Part shown: piece by piece, positions 38,042 through 46,735 of the stretch | Position numbering within the stretch: position 1 is the stretch's first letter | Layout: every line of letters begins with the position of its first letter | DNA from: Alistipes sp. | GTDB taxonomy: Bacteria; Bacteroidota; Bacteroidia; Bacteroidales; Rikenellaceae | Length of the DNA: 55,249 bases | Direction of reading: 5' to 3' | NCBI GenBank assembly: GCA_017647625.1 | Contig: JAGCKG010000168.1 | Coordinates: 1 to 55,249, forward strand | The notes under the pieces: model-generated | Seen by the model: the letters and a program-made list of their open reading frames with translations, nothing else | What the model was told of the DNA's origin: nothing | Databases searched by the model: none | Translations under genes and position numbers: made by a program

Positions 38042-38944
38042 TTATTTTGCTGACAAGCAAGCCAAAGCGATAGAGTACAACTTAGTCTTAGTTGAGTCAC
38101 CGCGTGAAGTAAGCACACAAGGAGCAGTAGGACCTGCAACCATAGCTGCCAACTCTGCGCCACCGAACTTAGAGCAAGCCTTGAAGAATACGTTACCTGA
38201 CTCAAGGTTAGGGAACAACAAGCAGTCTGCATCACCTGCAACAGGACCTGTAAGCTTCTTAATCTTAACGCTCTCCTCATCGATAGCAACGTCGAGTGCC
38301 AAAGGACCCTGGAAGAGACCCTTACCCAACTCGCCAGCCTGACCAAGATCTGACAACTCCTTAGCCTCTACAGAGCTTACTACCTTTGGAAGAAGCTGCT
38401 CTGATGGAGCGATAAGTGCCACCTTTGGCTCCTCGATACCGAGGTTGTTAGCGGTGTTGATAAGGTACTTAGCAATCTGCTTCTTCTGCTCCAAAGATGG
38501 GCAAGGAAGAACTGCTACGTCACTAACTACAAGAAGCTTGTGGTATGCTGGAACCTCCAATACAGTAACGTGGCTAAGAACAGTACCCTGTGGCAACAAA
38601 CCCCACTCCTTGTTCAAGATACCACGCATATACTTATCTGTAGGCACAACACCCTTCATCAATACGTCGTACTCGCCATTGTGAACAGCCTTAACAGCAA
38701 TCTCAACAGCCTTTACATCCTCTGACTCTGGGATGATAGTGTACTGACTCATATCTACACCCTCAGCCTCGCAAGACTTCTTAATCTCCTCTGGATCACC
38801 AACCAAAGTAACCTCTGCAAGACCTGCCTTAATAGCCATATCAGTAGCACCAATAGAGTGTGTGTCCTGACCGTATGCCACAATCATCTTCTTCTTACCA
38901 CGCGCTACCGCAGCAGCAACGAGCTCATCCAAATGCTTAATCAT
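38042..38944 (-). CDS. ptb: Phosphate butyryltransferase / phosphate acyltransferase
   Basis: LMKG, LSHV, GPLALDVAI, VAGDAD, PNLESGN, LTSRGDS; adjacent to buk. Confidence 0.88.
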   Translation of the reverse strand: MIKHLDELVAAAVARGKKKMIVAYGQDTHSIGATDMAIKAGLAEVTLVGDPEEIKKSCEAEGVDMSQYTIIPESEDVKAVEIAVKAVHNGEYDVLMKGVVPTDKYMRGILNKEWGLLPQGTVLSHVTVLEVPAYHKLLVVSDVAVLPCPSLEQKKQIAKYLINTANNLGIEEPKVALIAPSEQLLPKVVSSVEAKELSDLGQAGELGKGLFQGPLALDVAIDEESVKIKKLTGPVAGDADCLLFPNLESGNVFFKACSKFGGAELAAMVAGPTAPCVLTSRGDSTKTKLYSIALACLSAK

Positions 38945-38994
38945 AGTTGTTTTAGGTTTTTATTGTTAGTTGATATTTTCATATACATAAAGTT

Positions 38995-39119
38995 ATAAAA
39001 GTCGTATGGTGAGGCTAATTTGAAGCTCCTCGAAGATTACCAAACCGCAGTTTACTCTGCGTAAATGAGGATTTGGAAATCGAGAGAGATGCCAAAGCAG
39101 CCCACCAGATGGCTTTTAT
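38995..39119. repeat. ERIC/IRU-like structured intergenic element, copy B
   Basis: 125-bp nested palindrome ATAAAAGTC...GCAGTTTAC-tctgc-GTAAATGAG...GGCTTTTAT; includes the ackA stop codon. Confidence 0.8.
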
Positions 39120-40318
39120 TTTACAAGGCGGAAGGTATCCTTTGCAATCACCAACTCCTCATCTGTGCAGACAACGGCAGCCTTAACGCGAGAACCCTCG
39201 GCACTAATCTCGTAGTCTGTACCACGCTTACCGCGATTGCGTACTGCGTCGAACTCAAGACCCATAAACTCCAAGCCCTGAAGAGCGTACTCGCGTACCT
39301 CTGGAGAGTTCTCACCAACACCACCAGTGAAGATTACAAGGTCTACACCACCCATCTCGGCAGCGTACTCACCGATAAACTTCTTGATGCGGTTAGCATA
39401 CATATCGCGAGCGATGATAGCGCGCTCGTTACCCTCGTCGTATGCAGCGTCGATATCACGCATATCGCTTGAGATACCTGTAAGACCCTGAACACCCGAC
39501 TTCTTGTTGAGCATATTGTCAAGTTCTGCCAATGACATACCCTCCTTGGCTGCGATATAGGTAGCAGCACCTACATCCATAGAACCAGCGCGAGTACCCA
39601 TCACAAGACCATCAAGTGGAGTGAAGCCCATTGATGTATCGAACGACTTACCATTCTTAACAGCAGTAACAGATGCACCATTACCAATGTGGCAAGTAAC
39701 AATCTTTGAGTTCTCGAAATCAAGACCGAACATCTCTGCACCTACGCGAGCAACGAACTTGTGGCTTGTACCGTGGAAACCGTACTTTCTAACGCGATAC
39801 TTCTCGTAGTACTCGTATGGGATAGCATACAAGTGGTTGATTGCTGGGATAGTGTGGTGGAACGCTGTATCGAACACAGCCACCTGCTTGATACCTGGCA
39901 ACACCTTCTCCATTGAGAGGATACCCTCAAGGTTTGCAGGGTTGTGAAGAGGAGCGATAGAGTACAAAGACTCAATCTTTGCCTTAACCTCATCGTCTAC
40001 AAGGCAACTATCGGTGAAGAACTCACCACCGTGTGCTACGCGATGACCCGCAGCCTTAAGTTCGTCGAGAGATGAGATAACACCGTGCTCTGGGTGAGTC
40101 AAAGCGTCAAGAACGAGGCGGATACCAGTTGTGTGATCTGGAATAGGACACTTAACCTCGTACTTATCCTTACCCTGAGGCTTGTGTGTAAGGTCACCCT
40201 CAGCAAGACCGATGCGCTCTACAAGACCCTTGGCCAAGAGCGTCTGGGCATTCTCCACTACGTCAAGCACCTGATACTTGATTGAAGAACTACCGCAATT
40301 AAGAACCAAAATTACCAT
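39116..40318 (-). CDS. ackA: Acetate kinase
   Basis: LNCGSSSIKY, GHRVAHGG, APLHNP, FDTAFH, YGFHGTSH, DTSMGFTP, TDEEL. Confidence 0.97.
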   Translation of the reverse strand: MVILVLNCGSSSIKYQVLDVVENAQTLLAKGLVERIGLAEGDLTHKPQGKDKYEVKCPIPDHTTGIRLVLDALTHPEHGVISSLDELKAAGHRVAHGGEFFTDSCLVDDEVKAKIESLYSIAPLHNPANLEGILSMEKVLPGIKQVAVFDTAFHHTIPAINHLYAIPYEYYEKYRVRKYGFHGTSHKFVARVGAEMFGLDFENSKIVTCHIGNGASVTAVKNGKSFDTSMGFTPLDGLVMGTRAGSMDVGAATYIAAKEGMSLAELDNMLNKKSGVQGLTGISSDMRDIDAAYDEGNERAIIARDMYANRIKKFIGEYAAEMGGVDLVIFTGGVGENSPEVREYALQGLEFMGLEFDAVRNRGKRGTDYEISAEGSRVKAAVVCTDEELVIAKDTFRLVK

Positions 40319-40384
40319 TGCAATTATTATTTAGTTTGTTTCAAAGTTTCCAATTGACGTGTTAGGTTTATACCTAATAGCACA

Positions 40385-40392
40385 CAAAGGTA
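40385..40392 (-). promoter_or_regulatory. -7 element of the ackA-ptb-buk operon
   Basis: TACCTTTG on the minus strand, 67 nt upstream of ackA. Confidence 0.55.
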
Positions 40393-40595
40393 ATAATTTT
40401 CAGTCAACTTTCCAACCAATTTCAAACTTTTTTTCTACTTCACAAAACAACGCCCAAAACCGCAATATTTTTCTATTCCTACATATGAGTTTATTAGCCA
40501 CCATACAAAACGTTATATTATCCAAATTTAGGCTATAACACGTATCCAAAAAACAGGTATTTTGGAGTGCAAAAAGAATAAATATTCACAAAGAG

Positions 40596-40626
40596 TTTGA
40601 AAGTCGGGAATAAATACTTATATTTG
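40596..40626 (+). promoter_or_regulatory. sigma-A promoter of the DUF349 gene
   Basis: TTTG-N19-TATATTTG. Confidence 0.7.
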
Positions 40627-40688
40627 CACGAATTACGCATTGCGCGCAATACGAGCGCGTGGCGTGAAGAACTAAAACTTATACTACG

Positions 40689-42626
40689 ATGACTACTGAA
40701 AAGAACAATCTTGCGGCTCTATCAGAGCCTGTCGGCAACACTGCCGAAGATGCGCAAAAGACTACGACTATTGAAGCGAACGAGGAGCAGGCTCTCGACA
40801 ACGAGGCTACAGCAAACGCTATGACCGAGGAGTTTGCCGATGAGGAGGCAGCACTTGCGGCCCAGGAGGCAGGTTTGGATATCGGCGAGGAGACCGACGA
40901 GGAGGCTGAGGCATCCTCTCACAACGACTCCCTTGCAGACCTTTCTGAGGCTGAACTTGTGGAGTTCTTTGCCAAGAGGCTTGAGAGCGAGCCTGTGCAG
41001 ACACTTCGCCCTGTAGTGGAGGCTATCAAGATTGCTTTCTACAAGCAACACCGAGCAAAGGTTGAGGCAGAGCGCAAGGCGTTTATCGAGCAGGGTGGCA
41101 ACGAGGAGGAGTTTACCCCAACCGTAGACAACGACGAGGTACGTTTCAAGGAGTTATTCGCAGTATATCGCACCGAGCGTGACCGCCATATCGCAGAACT
41201 CGAGGCGAGCAAGGAGCAGAATCTCAAACTAAAGTTGCAGATCATCGATGAGTTGAAGGAGTTGATTAACTCTGACGAGAATACAAGCACTACATTTGCC
41301 CGTTTCCGCGAGTTGCAGAGCAAGTGGAAGGAGATTGGTATTGTGCCACAGCAGAGCGTGAAGGACCTATGGGAGACATACAACCTCCACGTTGAGAATT
41401 TCTACAACTACATCAAGATTAACCGCGAGTTACGCGACCTCGACCTCAAGAAGAACTACGAGGCTAAACTATCGTTGTGCGAGCAGGCAGAGGAGTTAAC
41501 TCTCGAGACACAGATTGTGGAGGCGTTCCGCAAGTTGCAGAAACTACACGACGAGTGGCGCGAGACTGGTCCTGTGGCGTTGGAGTACAAGGAGGCTCTA
41601 TGGGAGCGTTTCAAGGAGGCATCGAGCCGTATCAACAAGCGTCATCAGGAGCATTTCGAGACTCTCAAGACAGAGCAGACAAAGAACCTCGCCCTCAAGA
41701 CCGAACTTTGCGAGAAGACCGAGGCTCTTGCAACACGTGCTATGGTATCACGTAAGGACTGGAACAAGGCAAGCGAGGAGCTTCTTGAGATACAGAAGAT
41801 TTGGAAGACCATAGGCTACGCCCCAAAGAAGGAGAACAATCGCATCTACGAGCGTTTCCGCGCTGCGTGCGACAAGTTTTTTGAGCATAAACGCGACTTC
41901 TACGCTGGTGTAAAGAGCGAGATGGAGCATAACCTTGCCGTTAAGTTGGAGTTGTGTGCCGAGGCTGAGGCGTTGTCGGTATCGGAGGACTGGAAGCACG
42001 CCACAGATGAACTTATCGCTCTTCAGGCACGCTGGAAGCAGACGGGACCTGTATCACGTCGCCACTCCGACACCATCTGGAAGCGTTTCCGCGCTGCGTG
42101 CGACAAGTTCTTCGAGCGCAAGGCCGAACACTTCTCATCGGTAGACTCTGTACACGAGGAGAACCTCAAACTAAAACTTGCACTTCTCGAGGAGATGAAG
42201 GGTGCAGATATCAAGGCTGGTGGCTTCGAGGCTATCAAGGAGTATCAGCGTCGCTGGAGTCAGATTGGTTTTGTGCCTATCAAGCAGAAGGATGCTGTGC
42301 AGAAGGAGTATAAGGCTATCGTAGATGCTATGTTCGCTACCCTACGCTCATCGGAGCGCGACCGCTCGATGAATCGCTTCAAGGAGCGCGTGCAGAATAT
42401 GAAGGGTGGCAACCAACTACGCTCGGAGCGCGAGAAGTTGTACAACAAACTCCGCCAGATGGAGCAGGATATCGCCCTATTGGAGAACAACATCGGTTTC
42501 TTCTCGAAGTCGAAGAATGCCGAGAGTCTGATTGCAGATGTACGCGAGAAGATTGAGCGCGCAAAGAGCGATATGACTGGTATTATCGAGAAGATTCGCG
42601 TTATCGACGAGCAAAGCAACGGTTAG
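40689..42626 (+). CDS. DUF349 domain protein
   Basis: Repeated LQ..W...GPV....W.RF..ACD.FF units; acidic N-terminus; conserved position before pyrG. Confidence 0.9.
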   Translation: MTTEKNNLAALSEPVGNTAEDAQKTTTIEANEEQALDNEATANAMTEEFADEEAALAAQEAGLDIGEETDEEAEASSHNDSLADLSEAELVEFFAKRLESEPVQTLRPVVEAIKIAFYKQHRAKVEAERKAFIEQGGNEEEFTPTVDNDEVRFKELFAVYRTERDRHIAELEASKEQNLKLKLQIIDELKELINSDENTSTTFARFRELQSKWKEIGIVPQQSVKDLWETYNLHVENFYNYIKINRELRDLDLKKNYEAKLSLCEQAEELTLETQIVEAFRKLQKLHDEWRETGPVALEYKEALWERFKEASSRINKRHQEHFETLKTEQTKNLALKTELCEKTEALATRAMVSRKDWNKASEELLEIQKIWKTIGYAPKKENNRIYERFRAACDKFFEHKRDFYAGVKSEMEHNLAVKLELCAEAEALSVSEDWKHATDELIALQARWKQTGPVSRRHSDTIWKRFRAACDKFFERKAEHFSSVDSVHEENLKLKLALLEEMKGADIKAGGFEAIKEYQRRWSQIGFVPIKQKDAVQKEYKAIVDAMFATLRSSERDRSMNRFKERVQNMKGGNQLRSEREKLYNKLRQMEQDIALLENNIGFFSKSKNAESLIADVREKIERAKSDMTGIIEKIRVIDEQSNG

Positions 42627-42627
42627 C

Positions 42628-42655
42628 AATTAGTAATTAGTAATTAGTAATGGGC
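42628..42655. repeat. (AATTAGT)3 heptamer array
   Basis: AATTAGTAATTAGTAATTAGTAATGGGC, identical to 53413-53440. Confidence 0.85.
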
Positions 42656-42728
42656 AATTGCGATTACAATTTAGCCTTTGCAATTGAGCATTTAATACTT
42701 TCGACAAAATAAACAAAAAGATACAGTT

Positions 42729-44360
42729 ATGAAACTATCTAAACCAAAGTACATATTCGTTACTGGTGGTGTGGCATCATCACTTGGTAAGGGTATCATC
42801 TCAGCATCTATCGCACGCCTACTACAGGCGCGTGGTTACGCTGTAACCATTCAGAAGCTCGACCCATACATCAACGTCGACCCAGGTACGCTAAACCCAT
42901 ACGAGCACGGCGAGTGCTACGTTACGGAGGATGGTACAGAGACCGACCTCGACCTTGGTCACTACGAGCGTTTCACGTCGATACAGACAACCAAGAACAA
43001 CAACGTCACTACAGGTAAGATCTACCAGTGCGTTATCGACAAGGAGCGCAGTGGCGAGTTCCTCGGTAAGACCGTACAGGTTATCCCTCACATCACCGAT
43101 GAGATTAAGCGTCGTGTGCAGTTGCTTGGTGCAACAAAGAAGTACGATGTTATCATCACCGAGATTGGTGGTACTGTAGGCGACATCGAGTCGTTGCCAT
43201 TTATCGAGTCAGTACGTCAGTTACGCTATCAGCTTGGTTACCAGAACACCGTACTTGTACACCTAACGCTCATCCCTTATATGGCAGCATCGGGAGAGTT
43301 GAAGACAAAGCCTACACAGCACTCTGTAAAGGAGTTGCTATCGTATGGTCTTCAGCCAGATGTGTTGGTACTTCGCTCGGAGCATAACCTTGGCGAGGAT
43401 GTACGTCGCAAGGTGGCCCTCTTCTGCAACGTTGCCCCAGAGGCTGTTGTGGAGTCTATCGACGTGCCTACAATCTACGAGGTACCACTACGTATGCACG
43501 CACAGAATCTCGATGGCGTACTCCTTGAGAAACTCGGCTTGGAGTCGGAGCAGGAACCAGACCTTACACAGTGGGAGGCATTTGTGGAGCGCGTGAAGAA
43601 CCCAAAGAGCGTGGTAGACATCGCCCTTGTGGGTAAGTACACCGAACTTCCCGATGCCTACAAGTCTATCAGCGAGTCGTTCATCCACGCAGGTGCTGTG
43701 AACGAGGTTAAGGTGAAACTACACTACGTCAACTCGGAGCATCTTACAAACGAGAACGTCGAGGAGCAGTTGGGCGCGATGTCGGCAATTATGGTCGCTC
43801 CGGGCTTCGGCAACCGCGGTATCGAGGGTAAGTTGGTTGCTGTACGATATGCGCGTGAGAAGGACATCCCATTCTTCGGTATCTGCCTTGGTATGCAGTG
43901 TGCCGTTATCGAGTTCGCACGCAACGTCATCGGCTGGGACGATGCCAACTCAAGCGAGATGGCGCAGACAAAGCACGCTGTAATCGACCTTATGGAGGAG
44001 CAGAAGAAGGTTACTGCCAAGGGCGGTACTATGCGTCTTGGAGGCTACCCTTGCCACTTGGCAGAGGGTTCTAACGTGCGCGAGGCTTATGGTGCAGAGA
44101 ACATTGTGGAGCGTCACCGCCACCGCTACGAGTTCAACAGCACATATCTTGCCGACTTCGAGAAGGCGGGTATGAAGGCTGTGGGTCTCAACCCTGACAC
44201 AGGTCTTGTGGAGGTTGTGGAGATACCATCACACCGCTGGTTTGTGGGTACACAGTACCACCCAGAGTACCACTCTACAGCCGCTAACCCTCATCCACTC
44301 TTCGTGCGCTTCGTACAGGAGGCGTTGAAGTACCGCGATGAGAACAAGACTGAGGAGTAG
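42729..44360 (+). CDS. pyrG: CTP synthase
   Basis: KYIFVTGGVASSLGKG, DPYINVDPGT, KTKPTQHSV, GICLGMQ, ERHRHRYE, QYHPE. Confidence 0.98.
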   Translation: MKLSKPKYIFVTGGVASSLGKGIISASIARLLQARGYAVTIQKLDPYINVDPGTLNPYEHGECYVTEDGTETDLDLGHYERFTSIQTTKNNNVTTGKIYQCVIDKERSGEFLGKTVQVIPHITDEIKRRVQLLGATKKYDVIITEIGGTVGDIESLPFIESVRQLRYQLGYQNTVLVHLTLIPYMAASGELKTKPTQHSVKELLSYGLQPDVLVLRSEHNLGEDVRRKVALFCNVAPEAVVESIDVPTIYEVPLRMHAQNLDGVLLEKLGLESEQEPDLTQWEAFVERVKNPKSVVDIALVGKYTELPDAYKSISESFIHAGAVNEVKVKLHYVNSEHLTNENVEEQLGAMSAIMVAPGFGNRGIEGKLVAVRYAREKDIPFFGICLGMQCAVIEFARNVIGWDDANSSEMAQTKHAVIDLMEEQKKVTAKGGTMRLGGYPCHLAEGSNVREAYGAENIVERHRHRYEFNSTYLADFEKAGMKAVGLNPDTGLVEVVEIPSHRWFVGTQYHPEYHSTAANPHPLFVRFVQEALKYRDENKTEE

Positions 44361-44381
44361 TAAGCAGAACGCAAATAGTTT

Positions 44382-44452
44382 GTAGGGAAACTGGGCAAAA
44401 TGGGTATTATGGGGAGTGGAGATATTTCCCCATAGTCCCCATCATCCCCTTA
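44382..44452. repeat. Inverted nonamer arrays (nTGGGnnnn / nnCCCCAnn)
   Basis: gtagggaaa-ctgggcaaa-atgggtatt-atggggagt then ttccccata-gtccccatc-atcccctta. Confidence 0.65.
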
Positions 44453-44476
44453 AAAAAGAAAAACGACAATTAAGAA

Positions 44477-46405
44477 ATGGACAAAAACACGATTATTGGT
44501 ATTGTGCTGATGATTGCGCTCTTTGTAGGATTCTCGTTCTACCAGAGCCACGAGATGGAGGAGCAACAGCAGATTCTTAACCAGAAGGCCAAGACCGAGC
44601 AGGCAGAGCGCGCTATGCGCATCGCCGAGGCGGAGGCTGAACGTATGCTTGAGGAGGCTATGACCGAGGAGGAGCGTTTCGTGCGCGACTCTATAGCCGA
44701 ACTTGAGAAAACAAATGTCGAGGTGGCACGTCACGGTGCAACGCTATACGCAGCGCGCACTGGCGTAGTTAAGCAGGAGGTGGTTGCCAACGACTACTTC
44801 ACCGTGACCTTCGACAACAGAGGTGGTAAAATCGTCGACGTAACACTCAACGACTACACCCGCTATGCCGAGGGCGAGCGCACAGAACTTGTGAAACTAA
44901 TGACACCAGAGTCTATGCGTATGGGTATCAACCTACGTCGCGGTAACAACATCCTCAACACCAACAACTACTTCTTCGCACCAAAGGTGGAGGAGTTTGA
45001 GGACCGCACCAACGTGACGATGACCCTAAACATCGACACCGACGCTTGGGTGGAGTATATATATACGGTATATCGCACTGGCGACAAGAGTCGCGACTAC
45101 CTTGTTGACTTCACACTAAAACAGCACAACATAGACCCTATGCTCAACAACAGCGACGAGATTGTCCTTGTATGGCACAACAAGTCGAACAAGAACGAGC
45201 GTAGCTTCAAGAATGAGTCTATGGCGACCACCATTGAGTACTTCGTCGATGGCGACGTGGAGCAGTTGGATGCCGATGGCGAGCGCGAAGAGGAGGAGGG
45301 CGTAGAGTGGGTTGCCTTCAAGCAACAGTACTTCTCATCTGCCATCATCTCGGAGCGTCCTATGGAGGCTGTGATGAGTTTTAAAAACGCGAAGAACGAG
45401 AACGCTGGCTACCTCAAGGAGTTCGATGCCGAGATTATCATCCCTCACACCGCTGGTAGAGAGATGTACAACCTCGCCTTCTACTATGGTCCTAACGACT
45501 ATAAGGTGATGAAGGATGTGGAGTTTATGGGTCGTGACTGCGAACTTGAGAAGGTTATCCCTATGGGTGGTACGCTTATCGGTTGGTGGAACAAGGTTGT
45601 GACCATCCCAGTATTCCACTGGTTGCGCGACCTTGGTCTTGGCTTCGGTCTTATCATCTTGATATTGACACTCCTTGTAAAGACTGTTATCCTACCTCTT
45701 ACCTATAAGAGTTATATGTCTACAGCGAAGATGCGCGCTATACGCCCAGAGTTGGAGGCTATAAACGCAAAATACCCTAAGCAGGAGGATGCGATGAAGA
45801 AACAGCAGGCTACGATGGAACTATACCAGAAGGTCGGCATCAGCCCTATGGGTGGTTGCCTACCGCTCCTTATCCAGATGCCTATCCTATGGGCTATGTT
45901 CCGCTTTATCCCTGCCAGCATCGAGCTTCGTGGCGAGGGCTTCCTATGGGCTGATGACCTCTCTACATACGATAGCGTTTTGGACTTGCCATTCAACATC
46001 CCATTCTATGGCGACCACATCAGTCTCTTCGCCTTGCTTATGACATTGGCGTTGTTTGGCTACTCATTTATCAGCTACAACCAGCAGTCGGCAACTACTG
46101 CAGGTCAGCCAGGTGCTGGTATGATGAAGTTTATGATGGTCTACTTTATGCCACTGATGATGCTCTGCGTGATGAATGAGTTCTCGGCAGGTTTGTGCTA
46201 CTACTACTTCCTATCACAGATATTTACTATGATCATTATGTTTGTGATACGTCGCACCACCAACGATGATGAGGTGCGCGCGAAGCTTTTGGCAAAGAAA
46301 CCAAAGAAGAAGTCGAAGTTCCAGGAGCGTTACGAGGAGGCGTTACGCCAACAGCAGGACCAAATGACTATCAACCGCGAACAGCGACGCCATCAGGGCA
46401 GATAG
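44477..46405 (+). CDS. yidC: Membrane protein insertase YidC
   Basis: MDKNTIIG, WVAFKQQYFSS, YYGPN, GGCLPLLIQMP, FLWADDLS. Confidence 0.95.
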   Translation: MDKNTIIGIVLMIALFVGFSFYQSHEMEEQQQILNQKAKTEQAERAMRIAEAEAERMLEEAMTEEERFVRDSIAELEKTNVEVARHGATLYAARTGVVKQEVVANDYFTVTFDNRGGKIVDVTLNDYTRYAEGERTELVKLMTPESMRMGINLRRGNNILNTNNYFFAPKVEEFEDRTNVTMTLNIDTDAWVEYIYTVYRTGDKSRDYLVDFTLKQHNIDPMLNNSDEIVLVWHNKSNKNERSFKNESMATTIEYFVDGDVEQLDADGEREEEEGVEWVAFKQQYFSSAIISERPMEAVMSFKNAKNENAGYLKEFDAEIIIPHTAGREMYNLAFYYGPNDYKVMKDVEFMGRDCELEKVIPMGGTLIGWWNKVVTIPVFHWLRDLGLGFGLIILILTLLVKTVILPLTYKSYMSTAKMRAIRPELEAINAKYPKQEDAMKKQQATMELYQKVGISPMGGCLPLLIQMPILWAMFRFIPASIELRGEGFLWADDLSTYDSVLDLPFNIPFYGDHISLFALLMTLALFGYSFISYNQQSATTAGQPGAGMMKFMMVYFMPLMMLCVMNEFSAGLCYYYFLSQIFTMIIMFVIRRTTNDDEVRAKLLAKKPKKKSKFQERYEEALRQQQDQMTINREQRRHQGR

Positions 46406-46412
46406 CAATAGT

Positions 46413-46442
46413 AAAAGCGTAGTCTTAGGGCTACGCTTTTTT
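46413..46442 (+). terminator. yidC terminator
   Basis: AAAAGCGTAG/CTACGCTTTT plus T-tract. Confidence 0.8.
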
Positions 46443-46698
46443 AAAGTGAAAACTGAAAAGTGAAAACTGAACTTTGCGATTAAGGTGAGAGCAGAGCAAA
46501 TCTATTTGTTCTGCCGAACCGTAGCAAAGTCGAGGCATTACGAAGTTTTGCCTCAAAGGTAAGGTGCGCTTCGCGCGAGATTTATAAAAGGGGCAAAAGG
46601 GGCAGAAGAGGCAAAAGAGTTTTTTTACTTTTCAGTTTAAAAAAGCGTCGCAGACACCATACTTTTCAGTTTTCAGGTTTCAGTTTTCAGTTTTTTTT
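46443..46698. repeat. Composite element: inverted AAAA(C/G)TG heptamer arrays enclosing hairpins and a nonamer array
   Basis: (GAAAA[C/G]T)n at 46443-46470, complementary (TTTTCAG)n at 46663-46698; hairpins at 46471-46530, 46532-46554, 46566-46576 and 46647-46655; (AAAAGGGGC)-like array of about 4 units at 46586-46619. Confidence 0.75.
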
Positions 46699-46700
46699 AT

Positions 46701-46708
46701 TATATTTG
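46701..46708 (+). promoter_or_regulatory. -7 element of the hydrogenase operon
   Basis: TATATTTG 27 nt before ATG 46736. Confidence 0.6.
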
Positions 46709-46735
46709 CACAATTGATAACCCAACATTTATCGT

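Noticed and set aside
41851-42109. Identical 28-nt repeat AGCGTTTCCGCGCTGCGTGCGACAAGTT within the DUF349 gene
   Set aside because: In frame and encodes the repeated RFRAACDKF unit of DUF349; explained by the protein's internal repeats.
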